A stretch of 64,000 bases of DNA from a virus. Under the pieces are notes generated by a model that made no database searches, was not told the DNA's origin, and was given only the letters and a program-made list of their open reading frames with translations. The stretch spans positions 1 through 64,000 of IMG/VR virus record IMGVR_UViG_3300020439_000003. One strand, 5' to 3'. The position numbers and the translations under genes were made by a program. Shown one piece after another: positions 10,501-18,592 of this stretch (the first letter of the stretch is position 1; the number at the start of each line of letters is the position of its first letter).

Positions 10501-11987
10501 TGAACGTAACCTCTTGCACCAGAAGAACGACCAATCAGAACTTCACCATCAATAATACTCTGTGAAGAAGAGAAGTTGATAGCAGTGAACATCTGGATAT
10601 CAAAGAGGAAGCACTTGTACTTCGCTCCATCAACTTCAAGTTGCAGGACTCTTGCTTTACCAATCAGGTTGCCCTGAGCAGTTTGAGAAGGACCAGCACC
10701 TGACCAGTTGTCTCTAAGGTCAACAGTCTGATAACAATGAGTAACACCCTCACCAGACAGTCTTGGCCAACCCCAGATATCATATACCTCTACTGCCTGA
10801 GACAGGTCAACAGGGATGATCTGGTTTTGACGACCAACAAAGGTACGTGGTTTTGGTGCATCAACATAGGTAGATGCAAGCAGTGAAGTTCTATATCCTT
10901 TTACATATGCTTTACCAGGTCCAACTTCCAAGGCAGCAAAGTTCTCAGATGCTGTTTGCCCAGCAGGACTGGTTTGACCAGGAAGATATACACCATTGTT
11001 GAACTGATCGTTCAGGTGCTCTCTTGCACGAACATCGAAGGTATCGACAACGTAGTCGCCATGTGTTTCAAACGTTCTACGAGCAATCGACTTCTCGATC
11101 TCGTTATATTCCGTACGGTCAACAAAGTTCTCAACAGTCGAGTTCCTGATGCGAAGCAGTTCGATGAAGTTTTTGTCAGTGTCGTCATCGATTGGCTTCT
11201 TAACAAGTTGTGTCTTGATTCTGAATCGGTGACCACCAGGAGCAGAGTAGTTGGACGAACCAATGGCATTGTCCGTAAGTGACGGATCATCCTCAGGTGT
11301 GATAATTGATTCGCTAACTTCAAATCCAACTCTGTAACTTGGGTTATTATCGTACTGTTCAAGAATAATATATGCAGACTGAATATCAACAAAGTGACCA
11401 CGGATAAAGTAGACACCTTCACTAATATAAGCAGTGGATCCAACTTCACTGGCATTTACAGGAAGCAGCTGAGCAAAAGGAGATCCAACTTCGATCAAAC
11501 TGTTACCGAAGGTGATCTCATCTTCAACGATCAACTGTTCGTTGTTCTGGAATTTCTTAGTCGTTACATCAGAAGTAGTGTCCCCAGACTCCACATATTT
11601 GATGTAGAACGTGATGTATCCACGAGAAGAATCAGTAGCAGGAATCGAGTAAAGGACTTTCGCTTTGATGCCCGTCGTCAGACCTTCAATGATTTTGCCA
11701 CTCAGTTGAGTTCTGTATGTCTCAACATCAACTCCCAAGAATGATTGCTGGATTAGAATACAATCCACGTTGAGGTCATAACCCACCTGTCCTGGGATGA
11801 CCATAGCACCTTCCTTGAATAGGTGCTGACCCATTGCTTCGATCTGGTTTTGCAGGATCGATTGCATGGTCGTAAGTTCCCTTGCCTGAATTGGGAATCC
11901 AGGTCGGAAGAGAACTCTATAAAAGTTTTTATCCTTATCGAAATCGTCGAAATAAGGAGCAATGTTTAGATTAGTATTCTGGGGCAT
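4548..11987 (-). CDS. VrlC-like / DUF4815 virion structural protein
   Basis: 2479 aa. The N-terminus MPQNTNLNIAPYFDDFDKDKNFYRVLFRPGFPIQARELTTMQSILQNQ and the motifs WDPLAQSF and LFKSQNASTW are typical of this family; it sits next to gp8. Confidence 0.85.
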   Translation of the reverse strand: MPQNTNLNIAPYFDDFDKDKNFYRVLFRPGFPIQARELTTMQSILQNQIEAMGQHLFKEGAMVIPGQVGYDLNVDCILIQQSFLGVDVETYRTQLSGKIIEGLTTGIKAKVLYSIPATDSSRGYITFYIKYVESGDTTSDVTTKKFQNNEQLIVEDEITFGNSLIEVGSPFAQLLPVNASEVGSTAYISEGVYFIRGHFVDIQSAYIILEQYDNNPSYRVGFEVSESIITPEDDPSLTDNAIGSSNYSAPGGHRFRIKTQLVKKPIDDDTDKNFIELLRIRNSTVENFVDRTEYNEIEKSIARRTFETHGDYVVDTFDVRAREHLNDQFNNGVYLPGQTSPAGQTASENFAALEVGPGKAYVKGYRTSLLASTYVDAPKPRTFVGRQNQIIPVDLSQAVEVYDIWGWPRLSGEGVTHCYQTVDLRDNWSGAGPSQTAQGNLIGKARVLQLEVDGAKYKCFLFDIQMFTAINFSSSQSIIDGEVLIGRSSGARGYVHSAAADYAMLHQVSGQFQVGEVIERDGRVLDTCAAVFSYEQSDIRQLVGYDTPTGSTIIFTASLALNESIALTGKTITVDKANDITGFDTAFAADLRPGDVISPVATDNKGSTSLRVTRIDGTNIGFTALNRKSSGTTPVFDFGLQEAKLDNSLIKNGGNIANQEYNATQFTRLRPVFTQKNTRDGELAIDMPKKAIKAISDESFISIRTFANKQLSSGDVSFTLPENEQFTTLDGENYILAIETGSNTHTGYGWSPGTVIDIENESEKQNPTISVSFGANRQSLQITGINNGSGGTSNISRVTLTAAVSVNTVSKKIKTAAKMRTMKVIRTRNQNDVLNYGLSFGNLYGTRIEDEEISFALNDVYKLHAVYESTDEQDAQVPYVVLTENVYFDNGSVVVGRTSNARGRVVSFNSNNNRLYIVNLSAETFQTGETIDGFDDELNKLVAVIEDGDGSVEKGSRDITGNFELEPNITPFFYGVSKLIRKAGTSEPKRKLAVVFDYFIHEASGDYFSNQSYTGINFSEIPKYRTERNSKDLTDAIDFRPAVGELASGSGTVEQPYYTNCKSLDFDSRVFTSTGGAGGSTIFNLPKVEEQFRADYEYYLPRQDKLFMTHDGELKLSMGVPNEDPPEADNIDNAMLLAKIQYEPYVYDVEEDILITLHQQRRYTMEDIGNMDRRLQSLEYYTSLSLLETDARNVKAYDGDGFDRLKNGFMVDDFTDHSTSATEDDDYKCSLDFTEGVLRPSHFTQNVSLEFNKTGSSNVVFHGDRLLRRGKGGANILTLPFVEEAVIVQPYASRMENVNPFNVFTFIGRIDLLPASDDWVDTRRVPARVTSIEGNFQATRRRFRTNNRGFAPVQWRAWRTAWTGTRRTNGRTWRETSFRRGVPRRVMRSQTTVTTRRQVRSGTRIRVVPRVDRRSLGDSVIDSTFIPWIRSRNVAFDVERIKPKTRMYCFFDGDNVMQYITPKLIELVKNSSEDPSTNETPFVIGETVIGLNSGCRLRVVAPNDGLTTNPYTSTNDTLPDSYASQTPILNIDINRMAAQTQGAAYGNVAVGEVLVGRTSGARAVVKDRRLISDLLGIVKGTFFIPNPRRNSNPRWATGTRVMRLTSSETDSRLPGAVDSAAEAEYSARGTLNTVQENILAVRNARIVRDTVRDRRTVRSVRTNTRQVGWWDPLAQSFLLEAVGGSFVTGVDIFFATKDQKIPISMQIRPMENGYPTKDILPFSDCTLIPSQVEISENASIATRFVFPAPVYIPESEEHCFVLFSDSNEYKVWISRMGDIDITGTRTISEQPYAGVLFKSQNASTWTADQYEDLKFNLYRAKFDTNVTGSAVFNNAQLGPGNDGLASLINNPISTIQPKQEITLVTGTSYNFTVGARLIQTPSNAQATVLEFDSVSNPQKLTVTDITGTFVQGIVDNQNNITNGLKSSQSTVSLVMSTVNNGTFEAGDVITGSSSGATATVTAYDSGTSTITANYVDKQFDTANDTLSEPGGVSGTISSASYSGDSYTAYPVSQPSLRTVDKKVVVAHPNHGMHNRSNNVEIKNVESEVGSTTLTSNLSSTATTLSVANAGSFHKVINGKPISTTNPGYLMLVGEDQKATGLRPPTPPGGDDDATEAWRCVMHVIEKKEIIAYSAISDNGKEITVAPSGRGITSDVMNTGAALSWDAETVVQCYNLDGIPLTEINKVHTGIGDPTLDTYSITTQSVASVGIVTGGPNVSASQNIPFELITPTIQILQFKETDISPTLNTTSGTSIGDGGQIVDQASFVNNGTYDEIQLNEENYYDNPRIIASDINEANKLEGSKSLTLRISMTTEKENLSPVIDLDRVSVITTSNRINQWPGGPQVLGLQSEIDTTSDVSLLNQGDQNDAVYLTKIAQLANVSRSIRLMISMQRFGDSNIDVYYRTRKPGSDKPIQESGFIKVPVPEVGSSNVGEEEWEDFEYTVEGEEFQAFQIKIVMKSKNQAKVPLIKDLRAIAFAS

Positions 11988-11990
11988 CTC

Positions 11991-13526
11991 TTAGAACTCG
12001 ATTACGATTTTGATATCTTCAATTTGGTCGCCAGCACGAGAAATCGCGCCTCTGTTATCTATGTAGATGATTTCGCCAGAGTTCGGTTCGATCTCAGGTT
12101 TGGCATAACCGTTAGTGAAGGACATACCCAAGTCATACTCAGTGTTGTTAATAACACGAGTAGAGACACCAGACACAACTGGGAAGTTGATATCAGGGTC
12201 TGCTGATGTACCAGAGGTAGAACCCGTCACTGGGTTACCTCCTTCAAACTCGGTAAGGTTACCAGTGATTTCTGGGAACACACCATCAATTCTGTTCTGA
12301 TAGTATTTAAGAACTTTGGTAGTAGCGTTCCAGGAAATGACACGACCACGGGCAGTTACCTGCTGACCACCAACCGTTCTGGACTGAGTAATAATCTCGT
12401 CAGTTTGGAACTGACCAGTAAAGGTTGGAGAGAAGATAACAGCACGAGTAGCAGACAACGTAATCGCAGACGTTAGTTCTGTCGTACCATACTGGTTAGG
12501 ATTGATAACGAGACCAATACGGCGATAGTCGTTATCAGTAGGGAAGTCACCCGATCCTTCATCGTAGGTAAACTTCGTGTTGATCATCACTCTGTAACCA
12601 CCAAGTTCCTTGGTAGGATCAGAACCATGACCAGTGTCAGGAGGAATAATAACGTCAATAGCAGCACCTGTTCCAGTACCAGCACCAATACCGTTGACCT
12701 CATCGATCACGATCTTACCGAAGGTGTAACCAGAACCACCAGAAGTCACAGTTGCCGAAACAACCTTACCACCGTCAACCACCAGAGAAACACGACCACC
12801 AACGCCGTCGCCCTTGATGGGAACGTTTTCATAGGTGCCGTTGTTGTATCCAGTACCAGACGCTTGAATGACCACAGTGTCGATCTCACCACCGACAGCA
12901 TCACCAGTCACAGCAATATCGCTGAGTACAGGCATGTAATCATTCGAGAAGAATTTCAGAACCTGACCAACAGGGATCGTATAAAGATACTTCCAACGGT
13001 AGCCATCAGCAGTGGTAATAATTGAAGTGGAGGTGCCAGTAGGCTCAACAGTAGAAGGTTTACCGTTAGGATCAGAAGGACTGGTGCCGTTGTAAATGCA
13101 CTTGTATACTTGGTACTGCGAGTTAACAACGTAGAAATCTGCGTCGTAAAGTTTCGTAGCACCCGACGATGCCGTCTTGGTGGAGGAGTAATCATGGCGA
13201 TACATATCATAAACGTAACCCAGACCACCAGTGGTTTGTTCTGGGGGTGTCCAGTCAATACGACGAACAACTTGAATCGTGTCATTTGCAAGAACACGCT
13301 TCAAGGAGATCATGTCGGAAAACGTATCACTAAACTCTTGGAACGAGTCAATAGGAGTCGGCGGTGCGTTTTCGTTGTCCCATTCTTGGGGACGACCAAT
13401 GAAAACGTACAGACGGTCTCTATTAGAACCCGCTACAAGGTCAGACTGCGTAGGGTCGGCACCCTCCAACGACTTAATAAATCGTTTCGCAGTAAAAATC
13501 CTAAATTGGTCGGTGAGAAGTGCCAT
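11991..13526 (-). CDS. gp8: Baseplate wedge subunit gp8
   Basis: Contains LYVFIGRPQEW, VYKCIYNG, DGYRWKYLYTI and the C-terminal SGEIIYIDNR...QIEDIKIVIEF. Confidence 0.9.
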   Translation of the reverse strand: MALLTDQFRIFTAKRFIKSLEGADPTQSDLVAGSNRDRLYVFIGRPQEWDNENAPPTPIDSFQEFSDTFSDMISLKRVLANDTIQVVRRIDWTPPEQTTGGLGYVYDMYRHDYSSTKTASSGATKLYDADFYVVNSQYQVYKCIYNGTSPSDPNGKPSTVEPTGTSTSIITTADGYRWKYLYTIPVGQVLKFFSNDYMPVLSDIAVTGDAVGGEIDTVVIQASGTGYNNGTYENVPIKGDGVGGRVSLVVDGGKVVSATVTSGGSGYTFGKIVIDEVNGIGAGTGTGAAIDVIIPPDTGHGSDPTKELGGYRVMINTKFTYDEGSGDFPTDNDYRRIGLVINPNQYGTTELTSAITLSATRAVIFSPTFTGQFQTDEIITQSRTVGGQQVTARGRVISWNATTKVLKYYQNRIDGVFPEITGNLTEFEGGNPVTGSTSGTSADPDINFPVVSGVSTRVINNTEYDLGMSFTNGYAKPEIEPNSGEIIYIDNRGAISRAGDQIEDIKIVIEF

Positions 13527-13548
13527 CTTTTAGAAATTACCTTCTTTT

Positions 13549-13556
13549 TATTTATG
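13549..13556 (-). promoter_or_regulatory. Late promoter CATAAATA upstream of gp8
   Basis: TAAATA core in a short intergenic gap, about 23 nt before the ATG. Confidence 0.7.
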
Positions 13557-13559
13557 TGT

Positions 13560-15446
13560 TTACTCAGGCTCCTTTCTCACAAGGTTAGTGTACTCTTGCG
13601 AGACAAACGTGCCGTTTGCACCACTTCCGCCACCAGTAATAGTATCGGAGGTAGTAAATTTATAGGTATTGCCGTTGTTGGTTATACCTGTAACCTTCAC
13701 GGTCTTATAACCATACGCATCTGCTTCTGATTGAATCTCAGCAACGGTAGCAGTTACACCAGTCACAGAACCTGTAACAGTTTCTCCTACTGTATAGTTA
13801 CCACCTGCATGGTTTTTGATTTTGATAGTGGATGCTGAGACGTGTTCGACTCCATCGTCAAGTTCACCAGCAGTTTGCACAGAAGCAGTAAGGGGCACAA
13901 GACTTGAATCATACAGTTGATCTCCCACTTGGAATAAGGTTGTGTTTTGTCCACCGACAGTTTCTTCAATACCGTAAAGGGTGGAAGCAATACCACCATC
14001 TAAACTGATTTCATCTTCAAAGTCTGTACCAGTATTTACCAAGTCAGGAATACCATCACCTGCACCATCCAACTCATCATCATCTTCAAACTTGAATCCT
14101 TCTAAGACACTAATCGGATTCTCAAAGGTGATGATAGATGAATTCTCATCTTCTACCAGAGGGTGTGGTCCAACACCAGTACCAGACGACGCTGATGTAC
14201 CAGCAATGAATTGAATCACCGAAGTCTTTTCATTAGATCTACCACCATCAATAAACGCCAGTTCATCAACTTGGAAAATTAAGAATAGTTCTCTGGTTGA
14301 AGGACGCCAGTCATAAACGATGGCAACCTTGTTAGATTTGTCTTCTTGTACTCTTCTAATACGGTCAGCAACAGTAAAGTTGTAACCAGATCCACCACCA
14401 GGTAGATCAGCAAGACCATCCAAAATAACACGTTGGTCATAACGGAAGTTAATACCTCTATCACATCCAGTGAAGGAGATAGGTGTCTTACCTGTATATC
14501 TAACAATCTCTCTGCCGATCTGGAACTTACCAGAACCAGGGAAAGCATTAGTAGTTTCAACATACATCGTAGTATCCGTTGCTGTTGCATCACGGATAAG
14601 AGCACTGATCTCATAGAAGGAGGAGACCAGTGAAGTTCTATTACGTTGTGTGCGAATCAGGTTCGTATCTCTGGTGAAGATAACCTGAGGGGGAGATGTA
14701 TATCCACCACCAGAATTGAGTAGATCGATTGATTCAATTCTACCCAGATTGATAGTTGCTTCTGCCTGAGCACCAGATCCACCACCACCAATAATCTGAA
14801 TCAGAGGAGGAGTCTCAAAGAACTCACCAGGGTTGGTAATATTGATTGCTTCGATCTTACCGAACTGATTAACCTCAGCAACACCTTCGGCATTCTGTCC
14901 ACCACCACCAGAAATAACAATAGTAATATCTTCGGCGGTATAGTTTCTACCATTGTTCTCAACGGCAAGACCAGTTACCTGACCAGTAGTAGGAATAAGT
15001 TCAGCACCAGACCCACCACCACCTTCAAGTCTGGCAGTAGCATTAAAATAACCATCACCAGGTCTAGTCACCTGAATGTAATTTACAGATCCAGCAGGTG
15101 CAAGAATAGTAGTTCCATCAGGACCATATTGATCTTCTTCCCAAAGCACAATGTTTGCATCTGCTTGGGTGATACCAGCATCAGTAGAATCGATAACCAA
15201 ACGCAAGGGATTATATCCTTCACCAGGATCGATTACATCAACAGATAAGATCTCTCCATTGTCTGCAATGTTTGCTCTCAGAACAGCGTCTCTAATCGGG
15301 GTGCCGCAGTTGCCAATAGACAATTTTGGTGGATCGTTGGGATCATACCCACTTCCACCATTTGTTACAATTACGTCCTTTACACCGTATACACTATTGA
15401 ATACGGGACGAATTGCTGCACCTGATCCTGGGACTGTTCTTGGCAT
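13560..15446 (-). CDS. Virion structural protein with GxGY-type baseplate repeats
   Basis: 628 aa with repeated 'ITNPGxGY..PP...GGGGSGA.A.A.I' units like those in cyanophage gp7. Confidence 0.75.
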   Translation of the reverse strand: MPRTVPGSGAAIRPVFNSVYGVKDVIVTNGGSGYDPNDPPKLSIGNCGTPIRDAVLRANIADNGEILSVDVIDPGEGYNPLRLVIDSTDAGITQADANIVLWEEDQYGPDGTTILAPAGSVNYIQVTRPGDGYFNATARLEGGGGSGAELIPTTGQVTGLAVENNGRNYTAEDITIVISGGGGQNAEGVAEVNQFGKIEAINITNPGEFFETPPLIQIIGGGGSGAQAEATINLGRIESIDLLNSGGGYTSPPQVIFTRDTNLIRTQRNRTSLVSSFYEISALIRDATATDTTMYVETTNAFPGSGKFQIGREIVRYTGKTPISFTGCDRGINFRYDQRVILDGLADLPGGGSGYNFTVADRIRRVQEDKSNKVAIVYDWRPSTRELFLIFQVDELAFIDGGRSNEKTSVIQFIAGTSASSGTGVGPHPLVEDENSSIITFENPISVLEGFKFEDDDELDGAGDGIPDLVNTGTDFEDEISLDGGIASTLYGIEETVGGQNTTLFQVGDQLYDSSLVPLTASVQTAGELDDGVEHVSASTIKIKNHAGGNYTVGETVTGSVTGVTATVAEIQSEADAYGYKTVKVTGITNNGNTYKFTTSDTITGGGSGANGTFVSQEYTNLVRKEPE

Positions 15447-16939
15447 TAGACTACAACGATATTACCGACCATGAGAGAGTGAATGTTGCACTGATACACA
15501 TATGTTGTACCAGCAGCAAGACTCATTGGAACTGTCCAGAATTGGACACTATTGATAGAACCAGTGGTTCCACTGATCTGAGATCCACCATCAGAAACTC
15601 TGAGTTCTAATGGGTGACTTGTGCCAGTAGTATTATCAAATCTGTATGTGAATCCGCGATACACATAAATCGTAGGATCACTTGCATCTGTGGCAATGCC
15701 AGGACCATTCACAGTGTACGCTGTGCTACCAGAAGCACTGAAAGTAAAGTTCAGAGCAGGAGATGCTACTTCGATGAAGTCTGTGTCTCCTTTAATGATT
15801 GACTGTCCTTCGTTTGCACTAGGTAATGTGAAAGTATTAGTGATTGTAACCGTGTTCCCAGAGATCGAAGTATCGATCCCATTGCCACCAACAATCGAGA
15901 TAGTAGAATCAGCGGCATTAGCAGTATAGACATTGCCCAGGTCTGCTGAAATCTTTTGGAGGACATTCTGAACTACGTTAGGAGCGTCGTTGGTGATAGT
16001 AATAGCACCAGCGTTTAGGTTGGTAGAAATACCAGACCCACCAGTGAATGTCAGTTGATCAGTGACAGTGGTTGCAGTCGTAGTACCATTATCAGCACCG
16101 AAAGTAGTGAAGACATTCTGATCCAGATCACCCAATGTACCAGTCATGTCGATGGTAAGTGTGTCACCAGACATTGAGGTAGAGATGTTCGTACCACCAA
16201 CAATGTTGAGAGTGTCGTTAGCAGCAGAAGCAGTTGTTGTTCCTGTGTCACCTGTGAAGGTTTCAAAGAGGTTTTGAGTGGTTCCACCACCGCCACCACC
16301 AGAACCTTGCAGATCATTACCAGGTTCCCATTTGCTGTTAGCAGCACTCCATTTCAGAACCTGTCCATCAGAGGGACCACCATTAACAGTGGTATCAACG
16401 TCAGCAAGAACAGTAATACTTTGGTTCTCATCTACCAGGGGGACCCAAGCGGCAGAGTGAGCAAAATATGCTTTGCCAGTGCCATGAACGTGAGCAAGCA
16501 TACCGTGATGGTTAGTCGCATCAGGAAGGTCGCCCAGAGTAGCGTAAGGGGCATACCATTTGAGATATCCATCATCACCATCGATGTAAGTGTAAGCAGA
16601 TCCAGACCCACCTGCCCAGAGTTTGATATCCCCAGTTCCAGTTTGATAAATTACGATATTGTCAGTTCCATCAGACACGATCTGATGACCATTAGTATCC
16701 AGGTTACCAGTCAGCGTGTCAAAGTTTCCAGCACGAAAAGCAGCACTAGGTGACGTGCCCCATTTCAGAACCTGACCCTCAGTAATACCAGAACCAATAT
16801 CAAACAAGATATCAGTTTGGTTACCTAGTTTCTCATAGAGTTCATTAAAATTGGAGTTCGCTTTGATGGCACCATCACGGAGGGTATCACCCGTTCCGTC
16901 ATTCGCCGCAGAACCAATGCCAATCGTCTGTTTTGCCAT
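15446..16939 (-). CDS. gp9/gp10-like baseplate-fibre connector with C-terminal cupredoxin-like domain
   Basis: The N-terminus MAKQTIGIGSAANDGTGDTLRDGAIKANSNFNELY matches the gp9/gp10 N-terminal motif. The C-terminus carries HPLELR...YQCNIHSLMVG. Confidence 0.75.
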   Translation of the reverse strand: MAKQTIGIGSAANDGTGDTLRDGAIKANSNFNELYEKLGNQTDILFDIGSGITEGQVLKWGTSPSAAFRAGNFDTLTGNLDTNGHQIVSDGTDNIVIYQTGTGDIKLWAGGSGSAYTYIDGDDGYLKWYAPYATLGDLPDATNHHGMLAHVHGTGKAYFAHSAAWVPLVDENQSITVLADVDTTVNGGPSDGQVLKWSAANSKWEPGNDLQGSGGGGGGTTQNLFETFTGDTGTTTASAANDTLNIVGGTNISTSMSGDTLTIDMTGTLGDLDQNVFTTFGADNGTTTATTVTDQLTFTGGSGISTNLNAGAITITNDAPNVVQNVLQKISADLGNVYTANAADSTISIVGGNGIDTSISGNTVTITNTFTLPSANEGQSIIKGDTDFIEVASPALNFTFSASGSTAYTVNGPGIATDASDPTIYVYRGFTYRFDNTTGTSHPLELRVSDGGSQISGTTGSINSVQFWTVPMSLAAGTTYVYQCNIHSLMVGNIVVV

Positions 16940-16961
16940 CTTCTTACAGTTTGTACGTTGT

Positions 16962-16969
16962 TATTTATG
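16962..16969 (-). promoter_or_regulatory. Late promoter CATAAATA overlapping the upstream stop codon
   Basis: TAAATA core about 23 nt before the ATG at 16939. Confidence 0.65.
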
Positions 16970-18572
16970 TTGCGTCAAAAGACACAGTGGTGGAGTCAAG
17001 AGTAGATTCGGTAGAATCGAACGAATCTGCGCTACCACCAGAGAATCCAGTGACAGTCAAAGTCGCAATTTCAGTTTGTAGTGGGGAGTTAGTTGCAGGG
17101 GTTGCACCAACAGGTCCACTAATTTCGCAACGGAATTTATACCCTGTCATATAAGACAGAGCAGTAAACGCATACGAATTGCTGGTTGCACCAGTCAGAA
17201 CTGCAAAGGAGAAACCACCATCAGTAGATCTGTACCATTGATATCGTTTGGGTCCATCTTCGGGACTGATTGCAGCGGTAACCGTAAAGGTAACCAACTG
17301 TCCACTTCCAATCGTGGCGTTCTGTGGTTGCAGAGCGATCTGAATCGTTGCAGGGATAACAGTTCCGCCGCCACCGCCAGGAGGTGGTGGTGGGGGTGCA
17401 GCACCATTGTTTGCTGGTTGATCAAGAGTCTCACGAGAAGTAAGACCAACCATGTATGGGAACATAGGAACCAGGTTCTGCTCACTATCTAATTCAGTAG
17501 ATAAGAAGTAAGCATATGTGCCATTTGGATATTCAGGAGTAACACAAAAACGTCCATTATGGTAGTCGAGGTTACCTAGACCCTCAGAATACTCCCAGTC
17601 CTGCATCAGAGCGCCTGCTGGGGGGTTCTGCTGGGACGATCCATAGTCTGGTCTACCTGCCGCTTCTTCTGACTTAATACGATAAGAAGTAGTTGCTAAA
17701 CCAATCTCACTATTATTGTTCCAAGGATCACTATAAAAGTAAGGTCCATATACGGGGAATCCATCAAAGGCAATACCAACAAGTTTGGAATGACCATCAG
17801 GATGTCTTAGGTTGTCACCGTTATACTGAGAAGAACCATAGTAGTCATTGTAAGTTGACATGATGGCATTATCTTTCCAGCATTCTAGGAACTCAGTATC
17901 GTGATAATGATACTGCCCAGTTACTTCTGGATGTCCACCACAATTATCTTCACCAAAATCTACTGGTGAATTGGGGAAGTGCGCGTTCCAGTTGAATCCT
18001 GTTGGTGGGTTGCCTCCACTTCCAGCCGATGGATTGAAGAAGACAACACCATTAGCAGCAATACCGATAGCTCCAAGCGGAGTTGCCACTCTACCGTTTC
18101 TCTGGTCATAATAGTTGTAAGTTCCTGAATGTGCTTCTCTCGTGTATTCCACGATGAGTTGCAAGTATGTACTACTAGCACGCCAGAATTCACCAGCAGT
18201 TGCAGTTTGTGCAGTACCTTTGTATATAAAGACTTGCTTCTTTTCGTCTGCTGTACCAGCATCAAACACGAAAAGAATTCTATCGCCAACACGGATAGAA
18301 CCAGTTGTCTCTGTACCTAGAAGACCATTATCCTCTACGCTCAGAGGGATCTCAATAATATATCCATTCTGTGTGAAGGTATTACTGTCGAATGCTCTGG
18401 TAACACCAAACGTTCCGCCTCTAAAATAAAAATCATGGTCAAAGTCCTGCTCAGTAACCGCATTAGGGTTATCAGCATTAGGAAACGTACCATAGGCGAC
18501 GGGATTGGGTAAACCATTCGCCGAAACGTCTATGATACGGGTGCCTGCGTTATAAGTAGCGGTTCCTGCCAT
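16965..18572 (-). CDS. YHYH-domain virion protein with Ig-like C-terminal domain
   Basis: Contains GGHPEVTGQYHYH, GIAFDGFPVYGPY and LDYHNGRFCVTPEYPNGTYAYF. A Pro/Gly linker precedes an Ig-like QPQNATIGSGQLVTFTV...YQWYRS domain. Confidence 0.8.
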   Translation of the reverse strand: MAGTATYNAGTRIIDVSANGLPNPVAYGTFPNADNPNAVTEQDFDHDFYFRGGTFGVTRAFDSNTFTQNGYIIEIPLSVEDNGLLGTETTGSIRVGDRILFVFDAGTADEKKQVFIYKGTAQTATAGEFWRASSTYLQLIVEYTREAHSGTYNYYDQRNGRVATPLGAIGIAANGVVFFNPSAGSGGNPPTGFNWNAHFPNSPVDFGEDNCGGHPEVTGQYHYHDTEFLECWKDNAIMSTYNDYYGSSQYNGDNLRHPDGHSKLVGIAFDGFPVYGPYFYSDPWNNNSEIGLATTSYRIKSEEAAGRPDYGSSQQNPPAGALMQDWEYSEGLGNLDYHNGRFCVTPEYPNGTYAYFLSTELDSEQNLVPMFPYMVGLTSRETLDQPANNGAAPPPPPPGGGGGTVIPATIQIALQPQNATIGSGQLVTFTVTAAISPEDGPKRYQWYRSTDGGFSFAVLTGATSNSYAFTALSYMTGYKFRCEISGPVGATPATNSPLQTEIATLTVTGFSGGSADSFDSTESTLDSTTVSFDAT

Positions 18573-18584
18573 TGACTTTTTAGT

Positions 18585-18592
18585 TATTTATT
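18585..18592 (-). promoter_or_regulatory. Late promoter AATAAATA overlapping the gp7 stop
   Basis: TAAATA core about 13 nt before the ATG at 18572. Confidence 0.55.
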
